A DNA stretch of 27,830 nt, from positions 1 to 27,830 of the IMG/VR virus record IMGVR_UViG_3300039191_000291, one strand, 5' to 3'. Position 1 is the first letter of the stretch, and each line of letters starts with the position of its first letter. The notes beneath the pieces are model-generated. The model had not been told where the DNA came from. It searched no databases and saw only the letters and a program-made list of their open reading frames with translations. Below are positions 23,741 through 27,830 of this stretch, one piece after another. A program made the position numbers and the translations under genes. The DNA is from a virus (lineage: Duplodnaviria; Caudoviricetes).

Positions 23741-24189
23741 TGGCTGGGTTCCAGCACGCCGAGGCCGATCGCCGTGCCACCAATATCGTCCAGGTCGGCG
23801 CGGTCACCGCGATCGACACCGGCGCCAACCGTGCCCGTGTGCGCATCGGCGGGCTCGACACCCAGCCGCTGCCCGTCACGCAGCTGCGCTCGGGAACCGT
23901 CCGGTTCCAGTGGATGCCCTCGCCGGGCGAGCAGGTCGTGGTCTATGCCCCGCGGGGCGACATGGAGCGGGCCTTCATCGGCCCTTCAATCCCCGTTGAC
24001 GGGGGCGCCGTGGCGCCCGATGCGGCCACCCCGACCATCGATCTCGGCGGCTCGATCCTGTCGATCATCGGCGACATCAAGATCGACGGCACCGTCACGG
24101 TCACCCAGGACGTGATCGCGAACGGCATCAGCCTGGTCAATCACATCCACCCCGAGAGCATCGGCTCGGTCACCGGGAAGCCGCAGTGA
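23740..24189 (+). CDS. Baseplate spike (P2 gpV-like)
   Basis: NIVQVGAVTAID, PSPGEQVVV, DVIANGISLVNHIH (HxH metal-binding tip). Confidence 0.9.
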   Translation: MAGFQHAEADRRATNIVQVGAVTAIDTGANRARVRIGGLDTQPLPVTQLRSGTVRFQWMPSPGEQVVVYAPRGDMERAFIGPSIPVDGGAVAPDAATPTIDLGGSILSIIGDIKIDGTVTVTQDVIANGISLVNHIHPESIGSVTGKPQ

Positions 24190-24527
24190 TGGCGGGGCTT
24201 GCAACCACATCCCTGCGCCGGATCGACGACGCCGCGCACCTGGAGCAGTCGATCGCGGATATCCTGATGACGCCGGTGGGCAGCCGGGTCATGCGGCGCG
24301 ACTACGGCTCGCGCCTGGCCGAGATCGTCGACCAGCCGATGAACGGCGAGACGGTCGTCGACATCTTCCTTGCCACCGCCGAGGCGCTCGCCGAGTGGGA
24401 GCCGCGCTTCCGCGCGCGCCGCGTCCAGGTGGAGCGGGCCGAGGCCGGGCGCTTCGACCTGGTGGTCGAGGGCGACGTCGCCGGCGTCACCCGGGCGGTG
24501 CGCACCGCCCTGGGAGGTGGCGCATGA
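24189..24527 (+). CDS. Baseplate wedge protein (P2 gpW / T4 gp25-like)
   Basis: HLEQSIADILMTPVGSRVMRRDYGS...WEPR. Confidence 0.92.
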   Translation: MAGLATTSLRRIDDAAHLEQSIADILMTPVGSRVMRRDYGSRLAEIVDQPMNGETVVDIFLATAEALAEWEPRFRARRVQVERAEAGRFDLVVEGDVAGVTRAVRTALGGGA

Positions 24528-25426
24528 GCCGCTTCGTCCAGATCGACCTGTCGGCACTCACACCCCCCGATGTCGTCGAAACCCTCGACTACGAGGCCAT
24601 CGTCGCGGCCATCAAGGCCGATGTCGAGGCGGCCGCGCCCGAGCTCGCCGATGTGCTGGCGCTGGAAAGCGAGCCGGTGGTCAAGCTGATCGAGGCATTC
24701 GCCTATCGCGAGCTGCTGCTGCGCCAGCGGGTCAATGACGCGGCCGAGGCCGTGATGCTGGCACGCGCCAGCGGGGCGGACCTCGACAACCTCGCCGCGC
24801 TCTTCGGTGTCGAGCGGCTCACGATCTCGCCCGGCGACCCCGACGCCGTCCCGCCGATCCCGGCGGTGATGGAGGCCGACGACGCGCTGCGCCGGCGGGT
24901 GCAGCTGTCGCTCGAGGCGCAGAGCGTGGCCGGCCCCGAGGGCGCCTATCTCTTCCATGCCCGCGCCGCCGACGAGCGCGTGCGCGATGCCAGCGTGATC
25001 TCGCCGGGCGCCGGCGAGGTTCTGGTCACGGTGCTGGCCTCCGAGGGCGACGGCACCGCGCCGCAGGACCTGGTGGACGCGGTCGAGGCGGCCGTCGGCG
25101 CCGAGGACGTGCGCCCGCTGACCGATCATGTCACCGTGTCCAGCGCGGCCGTGGTCGACTACACGATCGAGGCCGAGCTCACGCTCTATCACGGCCCCGA
25201 CGCAGACGTGGTTGCCGCCGCGGCGCGTGCCTCGGTCGAGGCGTTCGCGACCCGCCACCACCGGATCGGCCACGACATCACGCGCTCGGGCCTCTTTGCC
25301 GCGCTGCATGTCGAGGGCGTCCAGCGCGTCGAGCTGATCCAGCCGGCCGCCGACATCGTGGTCGACGACACCCAGGCCGCCCATTGCGGCAGTATCTCCG
25401 TGAGCGTGGGAGGTCGCGATGTCTGA
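24524..25426 (+). CDS. Baseplate protein (P2 gpJ-like)
   Basis: IDLSALTPPDVVETLDYE, AYRELLLRQRVNDAA, SVAGPEGAY, VRPLTDHV. Confidence 0.93.
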   Translation: MSRFVQIDLSALTPPDVVETLDYEAIVAAIKADVEAAAPELADVLALESEPVVKLIEAFAYRELLLRQRVNDAAEAVMLARASGADLDNLAALFGVERLTISPGDPDAVPPIPAVMEADDALRRRVQLSLEAQSVAGPEGAYLFHARAADERVRDASVISPGAGEVLVTVLASEGDGTAPQDLVDAVEAAVGAEDVRPLTDHVTVSSAAVVDYTIEAELTLYHGPDADVVAAAARASVEAFATRHHRIGHDITRSGLFAALHVEGVQRVELIQPAADIVVDDTQAAHCGSISVSVGGRDV

Positions 25427-26432
25427 GTTCGCCTCTCTCCTGCCGCCCAACGCCACCGAGGCCGAGCGCGGCGTCGAGCGTGCCGGCCTGCGCCTCGACG
25501 AGATGGCGGTGCCGGTGCGCCACCTGTGGAACCCCGACACCTGTCCGGCCGCGCATCTGCCCTGGCTGGCCTGGGCGCTCTCGGTCGACAACTGGGAGAC
25601 CGACTGGCCCGAGGCGGTCAAGCGCCAGACGCTGCGCCGCTCGGTCGCCGTGCATCGCCGCAAGGGCACGCCGGCCGCGCTGCGCGATGCGCTCAAGGCC
25701 ATCGGCTTTGCCGAGGTCGAGATCGACGAGGGCCTGCCGGTTGCGCGCTACGACGCCACCGAGACCCATGCCGGGGCCGAAACCTATGGCGGCGGCACCC
25801 GCTGGGCCATGTTCACCCTGACCCTCGACCTTGGCGAATGGCGCGGGCTGAGCGACGAGGGCGTGGCGCGCGTCATCGACGCGGTCGGCCGGGTCAAGCC
25901 GGTGCGCTCGCACCTTGCCGATCTCGCCTTCCGGGTCGGCGTGGCCGACACCGCCGAGCTGGCCGAGGACATCGAGACCGAGGTCGCGCACACCGCCTCC
26001 GACGTCCTGCCCTGGGGGCGGCGTTATGACGGCACGACGCAGCACGAGGATGCGATGCGCCTCGCCCATGACGGCGCGCAGGATCACGGCGGGGCCGTGG
26101 CCTATGCCGGCTGGACCGACATCGAGGGGCGTCACGACGCCGTGCGCGTGCGCACCCGGATCGGGATCGACCTTGGCCAGTCCGACCGGATGGAGATCGC
26201 GCCGGCCCATGACGGCCGGTTCCGGCATTCGGGCATCACCCATGGCGCGGGCCAGCCGCCGGCGGCCGACACGGCGATGCCGATCACGCTCACGCGCCAC
26301 CGGCTGCATGACGGCCGGCACCGGCATGCGGGCGCGGTCCACGACGGCGCGCTGAGTTTCGACGCGAGCCAGCCCTACTGGGCGGGCATCTACCACAGCG
26401 GGGCAGAGACCGCCGCGATGACGGCAATGTGA
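25419..26432 (+). CDS. Phage tail protein I (P2 gpI-like) with His-rich repeat extension
   Basis: SLLPPNAT, LWNPDTCPAAHLPWLAWALSVD, HRRKGT, KPVRSHL; C-terminal (H/Y)DG repeats. Confidence 0.9.
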   Translation: MSEFASLLPPNATEAERGVERAGLRLDEMAVPVRHLWNPDTCPAAHLPWLAWALSVDNWETDWPEAVKRQTLRRSVAVHRRKGTPAALRDALKAIGFAEVEIDEGLPVARYDATETHAGAETYGGGTRWAMFTLTLDLGEWRGLSDEGVARVIDAVGRVKPVRSHLADLAFRVGVADTAELAEDIETEVAHTASDVLPWGRRYDGTTQHEDAMRLAHDGAQDHGGAVAYAGWTDIEGRHDAVRVRTRIGIDLGQSDRMEIAPAHDGRFRHSGITHGAGQPPAADTAMPITLTRHRLHDGRHRHAGAVHDGALSFDASQPYWAGIYHSGAETAAMTAM

Positions 26433-26440
26433 GGGGCACG

Positions 26441-26878
26441 ATGCAGGCAACCGACAGGCTGACAGTGAGGGGCGCGCTCGACATCACCGTGCGCAGGGAT
26501 GGCGTGATCATCGAGCGGATCGCCATGCCCAACATGATCCTCGGGGCCGCGCGCACGGCCATGGCGGCGCTGATCGCGGGCGACGGGGCGGGCAAGCACA
26601 TCGCCGAGATCGGCGTGGGCACCAACGGCGACGGGCCGGCGCCCGGCGATACCGGGCTGACCGGCGCCTTCACCAAGCCGGTGAGCGGCTTTGCCTACCC
26701 GGCCGCCGGCGAGGTGCGCTTCGACTGGCGGCTCGAGACCACCGAGGCCAACGGGCTGGCGATCCGCGAGTTCGGGCTGATCACGGCCGACGGGACGCTG
26801 TTCGCGCGCAAGACCCGCGCGGCGATCGAGAAGGCCGACGACATCAGCCTCGACGGCAGCTGGACCATCATCTTCTAG
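26441..26878 (+). CDS. Tail-collar / fibre-associated baseplate protein
   Basis: IGVGT...EANGLAIREFGL..DGTLFARKTR..IEK..GSWTIIF; GAGGGG RBS. Confidence 0.75.
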   Translation: MQATDRLTVRGALDITVRRDGVIIERIAMPNMILGAARTAMAALIAGDGAGKHIAEIGVGTNGDGPAPGDTGLTGAFTKPVSGFAYPAAGEVRFDWRLETTEANGLAIREFGLITADGTLFARKTRAAIEKADDISLDGSWTIIF

Positions 26879-26891
26879 AGAGGACACACAC

Positions 26892-27809
26892 ATGGCGAAC
26901 CTATCCGAAAACGCCTCATGGCCGAGCGGCATCTACCAGATCGAAACCACCGACCCCGTGGTCGGCGGCCCGGACGGGATTTCGAACGTCCAGGCCAAGC
27001 AGCTGGCCAACCGCACCGCCTGGCTCAAGCAGAAGGCCGACGAGCTGGTCGAGGCGCGCGGCGACGAGGCGACCCTGGGCGACCGGCTCGACCTGCTCCA
27101 GGCGCTCTCGCCCGAGCACCAGGTGGCCATCATCGGCGCCGCGCAGGAGGCGCTCGGCCTGGCCGGCGTGCTGTCGCGCGAGATCGACGTGATCCGCAAC
27201 CGGGTGCTCGCCCAGGGCGAGGTGGTGCTCAAGAACAAGCACGTCATCTCGGGGATGGTGCTGAGCAAATCGGGGATCCGCGCGCTCGACCTGTCGCAGA
27301 GCGGCACCGTGGGCAGCGGCGCGTCGCGCGCCTGGATCGACGGGCTGACCATCACGCTGGCCGACGAGGCGAACCATGTCTCGGTGCCGACCAACGAGAC
27401 CGACGAGGCGGTGAGCTACTACGCCTTCCTGCATGACGGCCCCGGCGGCTACGGCGTCGGCGTGGCCCAGGAGGTGCCCGATGACGGGCTGGTGCTCTAC
27501 CGGCTCGACCTGCCCGCGAACGACACGGCCGGCGACCTGTCGGCGGTCACCCTGACCGATCTGCGCGTCGTGCGCCCGCAAAGCGGATGGTGGGTCGACG
27601 CAGCGCCCTTCGTCTCGGTGGCGTTCGCCGAGGCCCTGCCCGCGGCCGATTACGGCGTCGCGCTGGAGGTCGAGGGCGCGACCAACCTCGCCGGGGTCGG
27701 CGCGCTGACCTCCTACGACAAGGCGCGCAACGGCTTCAAGATCAAGGCCAGCGGCTCGGCCGACAACATCCGCATCCGCTGGACCCTTCTCAACCCCCGC
27801 TACCAGTGA
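26892..27809 (+). CDS. Tail fibre-related protein
   Basis: N-terminus MANLSENASWPSGIYQIETTDPVVGGPDGISNVQAKQLANRTAWLK resembles myophage fibre N-termini; GAGGA RBS. Confidence 0.75.
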   Translation: MANLSENASWPSGIYQIETTDPVVGGPDGISNVQAKQLANRTAWLKQKADELVEARGDEATLGDRLDLLQALSPEHQVAIIGAAQEALGLAGVLSREIDVIRNRVLAQGEVVLKNKHVISGMVLSKSGIRALDLSQSGTVGSGASRAWIDGLTITLADEANHVSVPTNETDEAVSYYAFLHDGPGGYGVGVAQEVPDDGLVLYRLDLPANDTAGDLSAVTLTDLRVVRPQSGWWVDAAPFVSVAFAEALPAADYGVALEVEGATNLAGVGALTSYDKARNGFKIKASGSADNIRIRWTLLNPRYQ

Positions 27810-27816
27810 GGCTTAA

Positions 27817-27830
27817 ATGGACGTTCAACA
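27817..27830 (+). CDS. Start of the next tail-region gene (truncated by the window edge)
   Basis: GAGG followed by ATG GAC GTT CAA. Confidence 0.4.

Larger units (their letters stand above)
79..27830 (+). mobile_element. Mu-like transposable prophage (left part; continues past the window end)
   Basis: MuA DDE transposase, MuB ATPase, GemA, Mor-like activator and Mu-type terminase/portal/F/I/T/gp36 in Mu-like order. The left boundary is a guess (TGT at 79 or 88). Confidence 0.95.

Noticed and set aside
26892-27809. Tail fibre gene as a second DGR target
   Set aside because: Its C-terminus (RIRWTLLNPRYQ) has no VR-like GGxW…GFR motif.
1-27830. Template repeat, reverse transcriptase or avd for a complete DGR
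   Set aside because: By eye I found no second copy of 3109-3231, no AAC-rich non-coding tract and no RT-like ORF with a YxDD motif, so a full DGR cannot be claimed from this window.

Overview
Nearly the whole window is the left ~28 kb of a GC-rich, Mu-like (transposable) prophage, probably alphaproteobacterial (Rhodobacterales-like; an inference from composition and gene style). Order: candidate left end (~79-510); an exported-protein gene and a CI-type repressor on the minus strand; a three-operator switch; the early operon (cro-like, small ORFs, ParB-like, MuA transposase, MuB ATPase, DUF3164, GemA, Mor/C-like activator); lysis genes; packaging and head genes (terminase subunits, portal, F, protease/scaffold, major capsid T), with an orphan DNA methyltransferase inserted between terminase and portal; then a P2-like baseplate (V, W, J, I) and the first tail-fibre genes. 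The most striking feature is the second early gene (2074-3231). It encodes an FGE-sulfatase/C-type-lectin-like protein whose 3' end looks like a diversity-generating retroelement (DGR) variable repeat, followed by an 8-bp-stem/4-nt-loop hairpin. I found no template repeat or reverse transcriptase in the window, so it is a candidate remote DGR target in the early regulatory operon rather than in the tail. All family assignments come from motif recognition and synteny, not from database searches.
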